Below are positions 42,084 to 60,404 of a DNA stretch of 64,000 nucleotides, in pieces (the first letter of the stretch is position 1; the number at the start of each line of letters is the position of its first letter). The notes under the pieces are model-generated. The model searched no databases, had not been told where the DNA came from, and saw only the letters and a program-made list of their open reading frames with translations. The stretch is from the NCBI GenBank assembly GCA_951406725.2, contig OX597842.1:4526001-4590000 (forward strand), written 5' to 3'. The stretch comes from Octopus vulgaris (Eukaryota). The position numbers and the translations under genes are program-made.

Positions 42084-43208
42084 AGCAACAGGATATCTAG
42101 AGATGATGCAGCGTGACCATTTCAAATGTCTCCATTTAATTGAACAATGCAATCTTTACCTGAATTTAATACTGTGCTATCTTCAGCTGCACATAAAATA
42201 TATGTATGGAGTTTCAACAGGCAGGAAACATTAATATGATTGTTCTTAAGTGTTTTAACAGATGGGTGAAATTCGTGTGGTAGCAAGCGTGGCTAAGAAA
42301 AAAAGACTACAATTTCTTAGAATAACATGGAGCATAGTGAATCATAGTGTTGTAATTCATTTCCAGTTTATGTATCTCTTTATCATTTACTAAAATCTGA
42401 GATTAGAAAACTGTGTCTATTTAGAATAAAGAACCAAAGGGAGTTGACAGTTCATGGCTCGCTAGTGGTCATAAATATTTTCATAGAAAGTGTCAATTAG
42501 ATAGAAGTAACTGTCTATAAAAAGAGGCAGGGTAGGAGCAGACTTTAATTCATGGTGTTAAGTACCACTTAAAGGGGCAAGACTCTATGAAACTAAAATG
42601 CTAATGTAGGAAAAATATTATTCAGGGCTCGATGGCAATGTGTTTATAAACAATATTATTACATTGTATAAAAATGAAATCAAATTTGAGAATTGAAGAA
42701 AATCATATCATAACCAAAATAGCTATATGGTGTGTATGCATCAATTATAAACATTAAAAGGAAGATTATGACCAATAGCTAGCCATGAGCTGTCAACTCG
42801 CTTTTGTTCTTTATTCTAAATATACACAGTCTTCTTGTCTCAGATTTTAGTAAATGATAAAGAGATACATAAATTGGAAATGAATTACAGCCCTATGATC
42901 CACAATGTTCCATGCTATTCTAAGAAACTGTAGTCCTTTTTTTTTTCTTAGCTACTCTTGCTACAATAGCGACAATATGTGGATCGTGCAGCCACAAAGC
43001 ATGTAGCACCATCGGCTAAGTGCTCTGGTTGGCTGTTAAGATATTTAGGAAAAATTATATTGTTTCCTACCTGTTGAAATTCCATATATATATATTTTAT
43101 GCAGCTGAAGATAGCACTGTATTTAAATTGATGTAATGATTGCATTGTTCAATTAAATAGAGCCACTTGAAACAGTTGTACTGCATCACTACTTGATATC
43201 CTGTTGCT
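42084..43208. repeat. Large fold-back element, arms of about 400 bp and spacer of about 280 bp
   Basis: agcaacaggatatc...tggtcataa (42084-42475) pairs with ttatgacca...gatatcctgttgct (42765-43208). The adjacent 43209-43340 matches 21575-21705. Confidence 0.9.
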
Positions 43209-43381
43209 AATGCTGAATAAGTGCTATAGATAGACCATAGTTAAGTTCTAAGTTCGGTGATTATACGAATAAGGAGTTCAACATTGGTCATATGTCAGCG
43301 TGTGTATATGAAAAATTTTTTTTCCATAATGAGATAAAAAAACCAAGGCTGTCTAGATTTTAGAACATTTATAGATAGAAG

Positions 43382-43429
43382 GTCTTATAGTTGTTTCCAG
43401 GATATTTATTATGTCCCTTCATCAGAGAC
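43382..43429 (-). ncRNA. Hammerhead-like motif (14572 family) with canonical CUGAUGA/GAAA
   Basis: Reverse complement GTCT CTGATGA a GGGACA taataaa TATCCT g GAAA CAACTA TA AGAC; stem III is mutated. Confidence 0.65.
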
Positions 43430-43632
43430 AGTGTGAGAGGATGGACAGGCACGCATACACACACATCTAAACCTGCACAAAGTGAATTACATGCTCATAG
43501 GTTTTAATTGCACGCATATAGACATACGGCCATTCACACGCACAATACACACACACACACACACACACATACACACTCACACACATTCACAATAATATAT
43601 TCACCTCTCTCTCTCTCTGTCTTTCATTTCAG

Positions 43633-43662
43633 GTGCTGTAGTGCTTGTCAACCCCACTGACC
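43633..43662 (+). CDS. unc5: Candidate 30-nt microexon of UNC5, extracellular stalk (GAVVLVNPTD)
   Basis: ctctctctctctctgtctttcatttcAG|GTGCTGTAGTGCTTGTCAACCCCACTGACC|GTGAGT. Strong acceptor and donor, 30 nt, phase 1-1, in frame between the TSP1 and TM exons. Confidence 0.75.
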
Positions 43663-45149
43663 GTGAGTCCCTTTATTTAGCTGTTCCTCGGATTATCTGT
43701 GTTTACATCTTTTTCTTTGTTTATCTATCAGTCTATTTATATGTCTGTCTGTCTGTCTAGCTGCATGTCTATCTATCTTTCTATTTATCTGTCTGTCTAT
43801 CTATCTTTCTGTCTGTCTAAAAGAAACGATGATAGGTGGAATAGCAAATTGAGAAGTGGACACCATGTTCAGAAAAAAGGAAGGAGGAGAAGTCCTTACA
43901 GTATTTGGAATGAAGACTTTTTAAGATTCTTCGGCCACCATGCTGAGAGTCCCTCATCTAGCAGTGGACTGAGCCATGCTGAGTCCCTCGTCCAGCAGTA
44001 GACTGAACATGTGCAAGAATGATGTATGTCTGTATGCACATTCATATGTACGGTGTGCTGCACCTCAGGTTTTTAATAATAGTAATGGTTTCAAATTTTG
44101 CCACAAGGGTAGCAATTTTAGGAGAGGGGATAAGTCGATTGCATCGACCCCAGTCTTCAACTGGTACTTATTTTATCAACCCTGAAAAGATGATAGGCAA
44201 AGCTGACCTTGGCAGAATTTGAACTCAGAATGGAGCAACGGGCAAAATGCCGCTAAACATTCTGTCCAGCATCCTAATAATTCTGACAGCTTGCAACTTT
44301 AATAATAATGATGATGAACTTAGCCATCAAAGATGACAAATGAGTTCTCAGCTATTTGCTGAACAACCTGCACAACTAATTTGTTTATTGTGATCAAATT
44401 TGCATTAGCTCACTCCTTCCTTCAAATCAATGTTGCTTGAAAAGGAGCACAGTGTACGAAATATCAGGTATCAAAGTGATTGCAGAGCAATGAGATAAAG
44501 TGTTTTGTTCAAGAACACAACACAGCATCTAGTCAGGAAATTGAAACCATAATGTTGCAATTGTGAATGCAACACCATCACCACTAAGCCATCTTCCCTC
44601 ATAATAACAACAATAATAATAATAATAATAATAATCCTTTCTACTGGAGGCACAAAGCCTCAAATTTGTGGAGTTGGGACAAGTCAATTAAATATACCCC
44701 AATGCATAACTGGTACTTAATTTCTTGACCCCGAAACGATGAAAGGCTAAATCAACCTCAGTAGAATTTGAACTCTGATCATATAGACAGATGAAATACC
44801 TATTTCTTTACTACCGACAAGGGGCTAAACACAGAGGAGACAAACAAGGACAGACAAACAGATTAAGTCGATTATATCGACCCCAGTGTGTAAGTGGTAC
44901 TTATTTAATCGACCCCGAAAGGATGAAAGGCAAAGTCGACCTCGGCGGAATTTGAACTCAGAATGTAGCGGCAGACGAAATACCGCTAAGCATTTTGCCT
45001 GGCATGCTAACGATTTTACAAGCTAACCACCTTAATAATAATAATAATAATAATAATAATTATGGATCAGAAAGCATTGGATCTTTCTATCTTTCACTGT
45101 ATGGATATTGTATGTAATAACCGAAACTATTTCATAAATGAAATAAATA

Positions 45150-45370
45150 TATTCTGTTGTGTCTGAGGAGAGTCAGTCTCTTTTAGTGCTTTACTTATTT
45201 ATTTTTCAAAAATTTTCGTTGTGTCTGGCAACCTTTCCAATAGCTGTTGACTCAGAGTCAGCAACAACTGGAAAGGTTGCAACATTGCAAATAAGTGGAA
45301 ATTTTACTGGTGAGTGTGTTAAATCATAAGGCACTAAAAGAGAATCATTCTCCCCAGACACAACAGAACA
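45150..45370. repeat. Imperfect palindrome of about 220 bp
   Basis: ttctgttgtgtctgaggaga...gcaacctttccaatagctgttgactc|agagtcagcaacaactggaaaggttgc...tctccccagacacaacagaa. Confidence 0.85.
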
Positions 45371-45388
45371 GGTTTCAGCACACAAACT

Positions 45389-45429
<41 letters not shown>

Positions 45430-46112
45430 CTATGTATATATATATATACATATACATGTATGTATATGTGTGTATGTATATATATATGTGTGTATATATA
45501 TGTGTGTGTGCATGTATACATGTATACATACATATGTATGTATGTGTATGAATGTATATATATATGTATATATGTCACTAACACAACTGTCATCACTCTG
45601 TCACTCTTTCTCCTGACCTCCACCACCTTCTCGCAGATTTCTTCCTTCACCAAAACTCCTACACCTCCAGTCCCCTTCCTATTTCCCCAACCATCACAAC
45701 TTGTACCTTCTCTCCAGAAGGCTGCACCAGGCTCCAATCTGATCTGGCAAAGTTTCTACAGCTGGATGTCCTTCTTAATACCAACCATTCCATGAGTGTA
45801 GTTGGTGCGTTTTACACGCCACCGGCACGAGGGCCAGTCAGGCAGTACTGGCATCGACCATGCTTGAATAGTGTTTTTACATGCCACCAGCATGGGACCA
45901 GTCAGGTGGCACTAGCATCAACCATGCTTGAATGGTGCTTTTTATGTTCCACTGGCACAGGTGCCAATCAGGCGGTACTGTCATCGGCCATGACAATGAC
46001 TTCACTTGACTCAACAGGTCTTTGCAAGCACAGTTTATTGCCCAATGATTCAAAGGTACTCTTAAATGGGCTGGTTATGCTATTATATATATATATCTAT
46101 TTATATTATTTC

Positions 46113-46149
<37 letters not shown>

Positions 46150-46184
46150 GATTCAATTACTGACTCTAATAATAATTAAGTAGC

Positions 46185-46500
46185 TAGAATTTGTGATTCT
46201 AGTTTTGAGGATAAATGTTATTTCAATAATTTATGTATGCAAAATAACCTTGTATATAGGTGTAAAGTAGAGTTCGAGGGGAAAAATTATTTTTACATTG
46301 GGTCATCTGAAAATTTCATTAAACAATGTACTGCAAACCATGAATATACTTTTAGGAACAGAGATAAGTTGAATAGCACCAGTTTAAGTAAATTTATATG
46401 GAAGTTAAAGAATAATAAAAAAAATGTATAGCATTAAATGGCAAATATTTAGTCATGCCAGATCTTATAAAATTGCTGATAACCAGTGTAACTTATGTGT
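46185..46500 (+). pseudogene. Penelope-like GIY-YIG endonuclease remnant
   Basis: NLCMQNNLVYRCKV..YFYIGSSE..ANHEYTF..STSLSKFIWKLK then, after a frameshift, YSIKWQIFSHARSYK..NQCNLC. Confidence 0.8.
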
Positions 46501-47454
46501 ACCAGTTGAATACTGGGGTCAGTACAATTGACTTAACCCTCCCCCAAAATTGCTGGCCTTCTGCCTATAGTAGAAAGGAATATTATTATTATTATTTTAC
46601 TTCGCTCAGGATTGATCTTACTCTTTATGTGGATAGCAGGTGAATCCCTGTAACCTTAAATATCCACATGATTTCAATAATCCATCAAGTGCTCAAAACC
46701 CTTATGATCTTCCCTGTTCTTAAGAGGCAAACCTTCGATAGAAGCTCTCCAGGACATTTTCATTTCCTTTAATCTTTTGTCTCTATCCTCATCCACAATC
46801 CTTCATGTGCCAATTATCACTAGAATAATGTTTACCAAATCAATTATCACCTGGCAGAATTGTTAGCATGCCAGGTAAAATGTTTAGTGGCATTTTGTTC
46901 ATTGTTACATTCTGAGTTCAAATTTTGCCGAGATCAACTTTGGTTCTTATCCTTATCATCTGATAAGGGTACACCAGGCACATGCATCACAACCATATGT
47001 GTGCAACATGGTGATTTCATATCAAGATAAACAGCACATGACCTTGCAGATGGGGCCCAGTTAGAATGTTCTTCTGGTCGAGTAACCCATCCCGCTCAAA
47101 AGGTCCCTGAAAAAGGATTGTTTAAGGATGTGAAAGAAACCACCCATGTTTCCAAAGGTGAATTATCCAAACCTCTAAGAATTCCTTTCAACACATGGCT
47201 ATGATGCTCCCCCACTACTTCTGCTCGTGATCAGAGATGCACATATCATCAGTTACTAAGGGACATGCTCAACTGGTTAAGGTCAAACAACTGACAAGCA
47301 AATCTGTGGTATTGAGCAGAATATTTGCTGTAGACCATCTTTTATACCAAGACAAAACAATGTACATGATGACTCTTCCAATCAGTTAATATCAGAAGCC
47401 ATGAGAGCCACTGCCTGGTACTGCATCAGGGCATTTATTTTTATTATTTGATGA

Positions 47455-47790
47455 AAAATCCTAAGTTTCTTTTACTGTGTGGGATGGAAAGGGTCAGTTG
47501 CCCACAGCCAGCAGACTAAGGTGACCTTTGTTTACCCATCCTGCTTCAAGAACCTTGTGGAGGAGTTTTGGAGTTCCAAGCAGTGATGATTTTTGTAGAT
47601 GTTCTATCTTTACATTTATACCCATCTTTTTGGGCCTTGTTGCTAGTTGAGTGCTGCTACTTCCAAGCACACCAACCACCATTGCTTTCACATCCACTCT
47701 CTTCATTGCCCATAACCTGCGTATTTCCCACTTCAGTTCTTCATAATTGTCCACTATTTCTTTTTTCTCTTCAATCCTGTTGATGTTGTT
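47455..47790 (-). pseudogene. R4/Dong-like LINE 3' remnant
   Basis: YEELKWEIRRLWAMKRVDVKAMVVGVLGS...LQKSSLLGTPKLLHKVLE; homologous to the C-terminus at 62300-62520. Confidence 0.8.
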
Positions 47791-47821
47791 GTTATTATTA
47801 TTATTATTATTCTGTTTTCAG

Positions 47822-47974
47822 CTGGGGAAGCAGAAGACTCTAACAATATGGCAATGTATATCGGTGTCTGCGTAGCATTTGCTGTGTGTATAACTGTGGT
47901 GGTTATACTAGTGTTGATAATACGAAGACGTAACATACAAAATCAAGGGGTCTTTGACATGGACCCTACAGGAG
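47822..47974 (+). CDS. unc5: UNC5 exon: single transmembrane helix plus basic stop-transfer
   Basis: tctgttttcAG|CTGGGGAA...ACAGGAG|GTGAGT, 153 nt. Translates to GEAEDSNNMAMYIGVCVAFAVCITVVVILVLIIRRRNIQNQGVFDMDPTG. Confidence 0.92.
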
Positions 47975-48741
47975 GTGAGTTCATACATTCAAGTATTAAT
48001 GTGTGCGTAAGTGTGTGGTTTTCCTCTTTTCAGCCAGTTCCTATATATCTGCCTGTCTCTATAAGCATGTGTATGTATCAAACTTCTTAACTACACAGTC
48101 ATTTCTGAGATATACCATAGTATTTTCCCAGTAGGTAATAGCATAGATTGAATAGAAAAACCGAATACATTAGTGAAATTGGATATTAAGTGACTAGAAT
48201 CCTTCAATCACCTCTATCTATGCCGCATCCTTCATGTCCGGTAGGGGGATGAGTCACTATTTCTAGCAATCAAGTGTCCTCTTGGCATTAATACTGCCTC
48301 TGCCGATAATATATATATTCCTTATGGTTTTATATATGCCTCACAGAATACTTTTATTGCTTGGATTTTCTGGGTTTTCAGTGGCATGGACACAACATTT
48401 CACTACTTTGTAATTGATTAATACGTAGGCTGATAGCCAAGTCCATATGAGGAGCTTACTGTGATAACTACACAATTCTCTGAATCCATATCCTATACCA
48501 GCCATTTATGCGCGTGTGTGTATAGATATATATATGTATATATATACATATAACATCAGCATTTAACATCCACGTTTCTGTGAACTTTATACATGCATGT
48601 TTATATTACCAAAATAAATAGATATCTGTTCACCTAAACACACATATATATGCTGGTGATAATACAGAGAGTGTATATATTTATATTTAGATACACAAGA
48701 TCTCTCTTTCTTAAAGATGTGTGTATTGTGTCTGAGTGTCA

Positions 48742-48790
<49 letters not shown>

Positions 48791-48949
48791 CACACACACT
48801 TACTTCCATATACATATTTCTATTAGCATATACTGATAGGCACCTAGCAAATCATGCCTTATGTGTATTATATATATATATATATATATACTCTTTACTC
48901 TTTTACTTGTTTCAGTCATTTGACTGCGCCCATGCTGGAGCAGAATATA

Positions 48950-54375
<5,426 letters not shown>

Positions 54376-54592
54376 CAGTAATCCCTCGCCATATTGCGAT
54401 TCGCCTATCGCGGTTCTTTATTTAAGCTTATGTCAATTCCTCCGTGGTGTTTTTTTGCATTTATAATAAAACAAGTATATAAAAATTATAAAAATAATAA
54501 AACAAGATACACAGTACTATTTCTACTTCACAGATTTCCGCCTATCACAAGGGTTTTGGAACGTAACAGCCGCGATAGTCGAGGGAATACTA
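54376..54592. mobile_element. Tigger/pogo-like MITE
   Basis: TA|cagtaatccctcgccatattgcg ... cgcgatagtcgagggaatact terminal inverted repeats. Confidence 0.75.
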
Positions 54593-54805
54593 CACACACA
54601 CACATGCATGCACATATATATATACATATATATATGCATGCATACATATATGTGCACATACCCATATATACACTATGCATATATATGAATATATATATAT
54701 ATGCAAAAACACATATACTTATATATATATATATATATATGCTGCAAACTAATGTGTATATAACTGTTGTAATCATTAAAGACAGCCCCACCTCTCATAC
54801 ACATT

Positions 54806-54846
<41 letters not shown>

Positions 54847-55180
54847 GAATTATCTAAGTCTGCATCTTTGAAAACAAACAACACAGCAGGAGGGGGTAGC
54901 ATGTATAACTCCCCATTTTCCACCCCCCCATGCCATCTCCTTCCTGGCCCCTGGGAGACATTCTCTGCTCACCCCTCTACCTCCCACCCAACTTTCTATT
55001 CAACATAATCTACTTTTAGATCCCTAGAAAGAGAGAAGAGACAGACAGACAGACATAGTTGGGTGAACACATACATGCACAGTCTCTCTCTCTTTCTTTC
55101 TGTCTCTCTTTCTCTCTCTCTTTCTTTCTCTTTATCTCTCTCTCTTTCTCTCTCTTTCTTTCTCTTTCTCTCTCTCTCTT

Positions 55181-55214
<34 letters not shown>

Positions 55215-55220
55215 TCTCTT

Positions 55221-55251
<31 letters not shown>

Positions 55252-55920
55252 TTCTCTCTCTCTCTCACATCACATTCACTCACATTTTCTCTTCTGTCTT
55301 TCATTTTCACTTTCTCTCCCATCTCCCACCCTCCCTCTCTCTCACTCTTCCCTTTTCTCTCAACGCATTTCTCTCCCTAAATAACTATATATATCTTATA
55401 TATACATGAATCTATATCTCTGTCTATCTACACACACAAGCACATAACTACATACTTGTGTATGTATTTGTGTGCACATGTATGCAAAAACAGTTGTGTG
55501 TATATATATGAGCATCTGTGTGTGTGTATGTGTGTCTGTATGTATATATATATACACACACACGCCATATTGGTGATGTGTCTTTGTCTTCAGTATGGGT
55601 CACTCAACACCTGTTGATTGGATTTTGAAGATGGATCTAAAAGAAACCTGTTAACCAGGTGCAAGAGTGGCTGTGTGGGAAGAAGCTTGCTTCTCAACCA
55701 CAAGATTCTAGGTTCAGTCCCACTGCGCGTCACCTTGGGCAAGTGTCTTCTATTATAGCCTTGGGCTGACCAAAGCCTTGTGAGTGGATTTGGTAGATGG
55801 AAACTGAAAGAAGCCTGTCATATTTATGTGTATATATATATTAGAAAAAATAAGATACTCAGCGATCTGGATGGTTGTACATTTACAGATGTTTATTAAC
55901 ACGTCACACGTTTTTATAAA

Positions 55921-55966
55921 TCATATATAGCGCTTGCATCTTCTCTAGTAGATTCTTCAGATTTGA
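55921..55966 (-). ncRNA. Degenerate hammerhead-like motif
   Basis: Reverse complement tcaaat CTGAAGA ATCT actagaga AGAT GCAA GCGC TA tatatga; A13C lesion, palindromic AGCGCT stem III. Confidence 0.45.
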
Positions 55967-56370
55967 ATTTTTTGAGGGGATTCATCTCTTTTTATTACTG
56001 AGTGTTTAGGGGTGGAGAGAGATATAGGATCGTAAAAGAGGGTGAGGAATGGGGAGAAAGTATATATGTATGTGTGTGTGTGTGTGTTTGTGTCACCTTA
56101 TCTTAACATGGGTTGTTGCGAAGGAGTATCTTCCTCCTTCATAAAAGCAGACTCAATCCTTTCCAGTATTCTGTGTAACGACGTCTCTGCCATGGCAAAA
56201 TATGACCTTGCTTGGAAGCAGCTGAGGATTGGTGACAGGAAGAGCATCCAGTTTGTAGAAAGTCAGTTGAAGAAGAACTAATTGTTGCAGTATGGGTGGT
56301 AGTTGTTGTAGTTGGCTCTCTTTCCTATTTTGTGGCAATCTCAAGTTACCATGGTTACTCTTCTTTACAG

Positions 56371-56427
56371 ATGGAAATCTCCCTCCGTTGGAAAATGATG
56401 AGAAAAAGGCATCAAAGAACTGCCACG
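56371..56427 (+). CDS. unc5: UNC5 57-nt cytoplasmic juxtamembrane exon (DGNLPPLENDEKKASKNCH)
   Basis: ctcttctttacAG|ATGGAAAT...TGCCACG|GTGAGT. 57 nt, phase 1-1, open and in frame with both neighbours. Confidence 0.8.
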
Positions 56428-57287
56428 GTGAGTCTTTGTTGTTGTTCTTGCTATTGGTGTCTTTGTTGTTGTATTACACTACCCCCCACAATGATACTAT
56501 CACACATACACACACACATGCACAAGACTTCACTACCACCACCACTTTAACACCCTCACCACTCAACCATCACACTCCCAACACCTACCCACCCCTCACC
56601 AATCAATATTGCACTGCTCCATCTCAACAGATTTTCTATAGAAATTCGAGCCAGCCCCGAAATTTATGATATATATGTCTTTACTGCCCACAGAGGGGAC
56701 AAACAAGGACAGACAAACGGATTAAGTCGATTACATCGACCCCAGTGCATAACTGGTACTTAATTTATCAACCCTGAAAGGATGAATGGCAAAGTTGACC
56801 TCGGCAGAATTTGATCTCAGAATGTAAAGACAGACAAAATACCCCTAAGCATTTCGCCCGGCATGCTAACGTTTCTGCCAGCTCGCTGCCTTTTTTTTCT
56901 TTTTTCCTTTCTTTCTTTTTCTTTTTTCCTTTTTTTTCTCTTTTTTCTTTTTCCCTCTTTTTTTCAAATTCATGATATAGTTTACAACAAAATACCAGAG
57001 TTGTGTGAGGCCCAGCATATCCATACCTGTATAGGGTTGGTTACCATGGAAACCAATGTTGACCCATTGTTTGCTCTTGAGACCAGAAAGATGGCCCTCT
57101 GGCTGTAGGATGCTCCAGCTTCTGTAGTCTGACAGTTTGACCATGTGTTACTGACATCAGATAACTTCAACAGTATTGATGAGATTATTGTAGCCAATAA
57201 TCTGGGACATTCTCAGAGTTAACTCAGCACAGAGCATTTGAAAGATGAGCAACTGTTTTCATCGGCCATTCTTCAAAAAATATACAT

Positions 57288-58510
57288 ATTAATTGCTGGT
57301 AGGGACATTGTATTTCATTATACAACCATAATATACTACAAAGTATATTAAACGTTTTAGAAGTCAATATTGTGTCCTGCCTGTGTTAGCAGTGTGATTC
57401 AATCACATTTTCAGGATTTTTTTCTACAGATTTTCTATAGAAATTGGAGTCAGCACTGAAAGTTATGACATACACATATGAATACGTCTATGTAAACAAT
57501 GTCATCAAAAATAGAAATATAGGTAATGGGTGTACATGCATATTTCAGGAATTGTTGCTCCTTCTTCAGTGCCACATCCAACCCATTAACCATCCACAAA
57601 CACATTGTTGAAATTGCTGCTATATATAGCAGAGTATAGCTTTTGGATATATCAATTTTTACATATTAAACACATTCCTGGAGACTTGTACATATATATA
57701 TATATATTAATTACTTATAGGGACACCATATCTTGTTATGCAACTGTAATATACTACAAAATATATTAAACACTTTATAAGTGAATACTATGTCCTACCA
57801 TGTTAGCAGTTCTGGTAAATCACTTTTTAAAGTTAACTCTACAGGTTTTTCTATAGAAATTTTAGCCAGCACTGGAGGTTACAGTATTTCATATACAAAT
57901 AGGACTATATAAACAATGTGATTAAAGATAGAAAAATAAGTAATGAGTGTATATGCACATTTCAGAAGTTATTGCTCCATCTTCAGTACCACATCCAAAT
58001 CATTAATCATCCATGGACATATTGCTTAAATAGTCACTAAAATTAGTGGTGTAACATAATTGGATATAACATGTTTACATATTAAACACAAGTTATGCAA
58101 CTATATTATTTGCAACCATAATATATAACCAAGTTAGTTCCAACATATTTTTCTCCTCTCTCTCTCTTCACTTTTTTCCTCTCATTCCTTTCTGTCAAAG
58201 AGCATAGGCTCAAAACATCAAGGACTTTTCCATTCATCCTGAGCGTCAAACCAATACACCTGCTTGTCGTTCCCTCACCTGTCTTTCTCTTTTGTTTTCT
58301 GTACATTTGAGCCTTACATTAAAGGTTTATAAGTCAATATCATGTCCAACCTGTGTTAGCAGTGCAATTCAATCACCTTTTAAAGTTTTCTCTACTGATT
58401 TTCTACAGAAATTAGAAACAACACTGAAAGTTATGACATTTCCTATACAAATACAGCTACGTAAACAATGCAATCAAAGATATGGCAAGGGTGTATGGGC
58501 ATATTTCAGG
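57288..58510. repeat. Diverged tandem repeat with a unit of about 420 bp (about 3 units)
   Basis: ttttctatagaaatt..cagcactgaaagttatgaca recurs at about 57430, 57846 and 58400 (partial at 56630); atatactacaaa.tatattaaac recurs at 57331 and 57749. Confidence 0.85.
58187..58223 (+). ncRNA. Heavily mutated hammerhead-like motif in an insertion of about 175 bp
   Basis: CCTTt CTGTCAA a GAGC atag GCTC AAAA CA TC AAGG; stems are intact, core is decayed. Confidence 0.4.
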
Positions 58511-59214
58511 GGAAGGCTGATGTTCTACATCCATACAACCTGTGTAACTGCATTTTGTATTTCCCAAACAAACAATTCTTATAAACTCACCAAAGAAATT
58601 TTAAGATTTGTTCGAGATATGTTGCCAGTTGCGATTAAACTGTAATTTCTTACTTGTTAGATAAAGGCTTGGAGATTATTGTTTGATGACATTATTTAAT
58701 TAGAAAAAAAAATTTTAATTTGCTCTGAGATTGTTTTAATTTGCTTTGAATTTCTTTCATGATTATTCTAATTTGTTCCTGAAATGTAATTGTCTGTGTC
58801 TATCATCATCATCATCGTTTAATATGATTTTCCGTGCTAGCACGGGTTGGACGGTATCTCTTTTATAAACTGAGACAGATGTGTGACAGCATTAATCCTT
58901 AACCTGTTCATTCCCATCCGTGTCTATAGCTGTCTTTCTTAGAATTTGACATGTGTGGTGTAGTGATGTTCATGCATGCCTTGTTTATTCTTCATCTTTC
59001 TTTCATACACACGTTTGTATGTGAGTATATGTATGTGTGCATACAGGTTCTCCTTTCTTTTTATTATATGGAAAATTCCTGGAGCTGGTCCCTAACAAAG
59101 ATACAAAGCTCCATCATTGGAATGTAGATAACAAAAACAAATTCACATTGGGAACCTAAGTAAAGTCTTACATATTTTTGCTGTTCACTTACAGATTACA
59201 TTTATAATGCACAA

Positions 59215-59271
<57 letters not shown>

Positions 59272-59736
59272 TGATGGCACATGGTTCAGGGATTAGAGCA
59301 TCAGGCCCACAATCGTGAGATTGTGAGTTTGATTCTCAGACTGGGCTATGTGTTGTGTTCTTGAGCAAGACACTTTATTTCACGTTGCTCCAGTTCACTC
59401 AGCTGTAGAAATGAGTTGTGACATCACTGGTGCCAAGCCGTATCAGTCTTTGCCTTTCCCTTGGATAACATTGGTGGTATGGAGAGGAGAGGCTGGTATG
59501 CATGGTCGACTGCTGGTCTTCCATAGAGAAAACTTTTAAAAGTGATTGAATCGCACTGCTAACACAGGTAGGACATGATATTGACTTGCCCAGACTTGTG
59601 CCTCAGAGGGGAACTTTCTAGTTGCAATCTATACTCATTCATGGCCAAAGGGGTTCTTTACCTTACTTTACCTTTATGTATGTATATGTGCTTGTGTATA
59701 TATGTATCATATATATTTCCATTTTAACCATTCCAG

Positions 59737-60162
59737 ATATGGTGTCTGTTCAGCCTGATTTGACGCAAACAGTGGTCAGTATACGTCCAGCTAACGTCGA
59801 CTCCCCAAACAACAACATTGAACCAACAGTCGACAAGACAGCCTCAATGAGCAACAAGTCTCAGCAGCTGGCACAGACCCTATCAAAAGGGGGCAGCAAG
59901 CATGGCCCTGGCGACCACCTATTGACAGAGAATCCCCTTGGTGGCTCTATGGAGAAGTTGGCCATCAAATCGCATCCCAAGAACACAATGTCCATGAGTT
60001 CAAGCATGTCAATGAACCAGAGGCCAATCTCAAACGGAGATGTCCAGTCAGCCAGTCGGTTATCACTCATGTCCACCCAGTTACCATGCAACATCGAAGC
60101 TGATGCCGTCATCTGGGGCACGTTTACACACACTGGTGGGCGACTGTGCCTCAATGAATCAG
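59737..60162 (+). CDS. unc5: UNC5 exon: QPDLT motif, low-complexity linker and start of ZU5 domain
   Basis: ccattccAG|ATATGGTG...GAATCAG|GTAAGT, 426 nt. DMVSVQPDLTQ...VIWGTFTHTGGRLCLNES matches the UNC5 QPDLT motif and the ZU5 N-terminus (GxFxxxGGRL). Confidence 0.93.
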
Positions 60163-60404
60163 GTAAGTTATGTTATTAATGATGGTGATGATGATGCTAG
60201 TTATAGTAATGATGATAATTATCATAATTTCAAATTTCGTTAAAAGTCCAGTAATTTCAGGGAAGGCTGTAAGTCAATTACATCAACCCCAGTGTTCAAC
60301 TGGTCCTTATTTTATTGACCCTAAGAGGATGAAAGGCAAAGTCAACCTCAGCGGAATTTGAACCCTAATGTAGACATAATGCCACAAAGCATTTTGCCTG
60401 GCAC

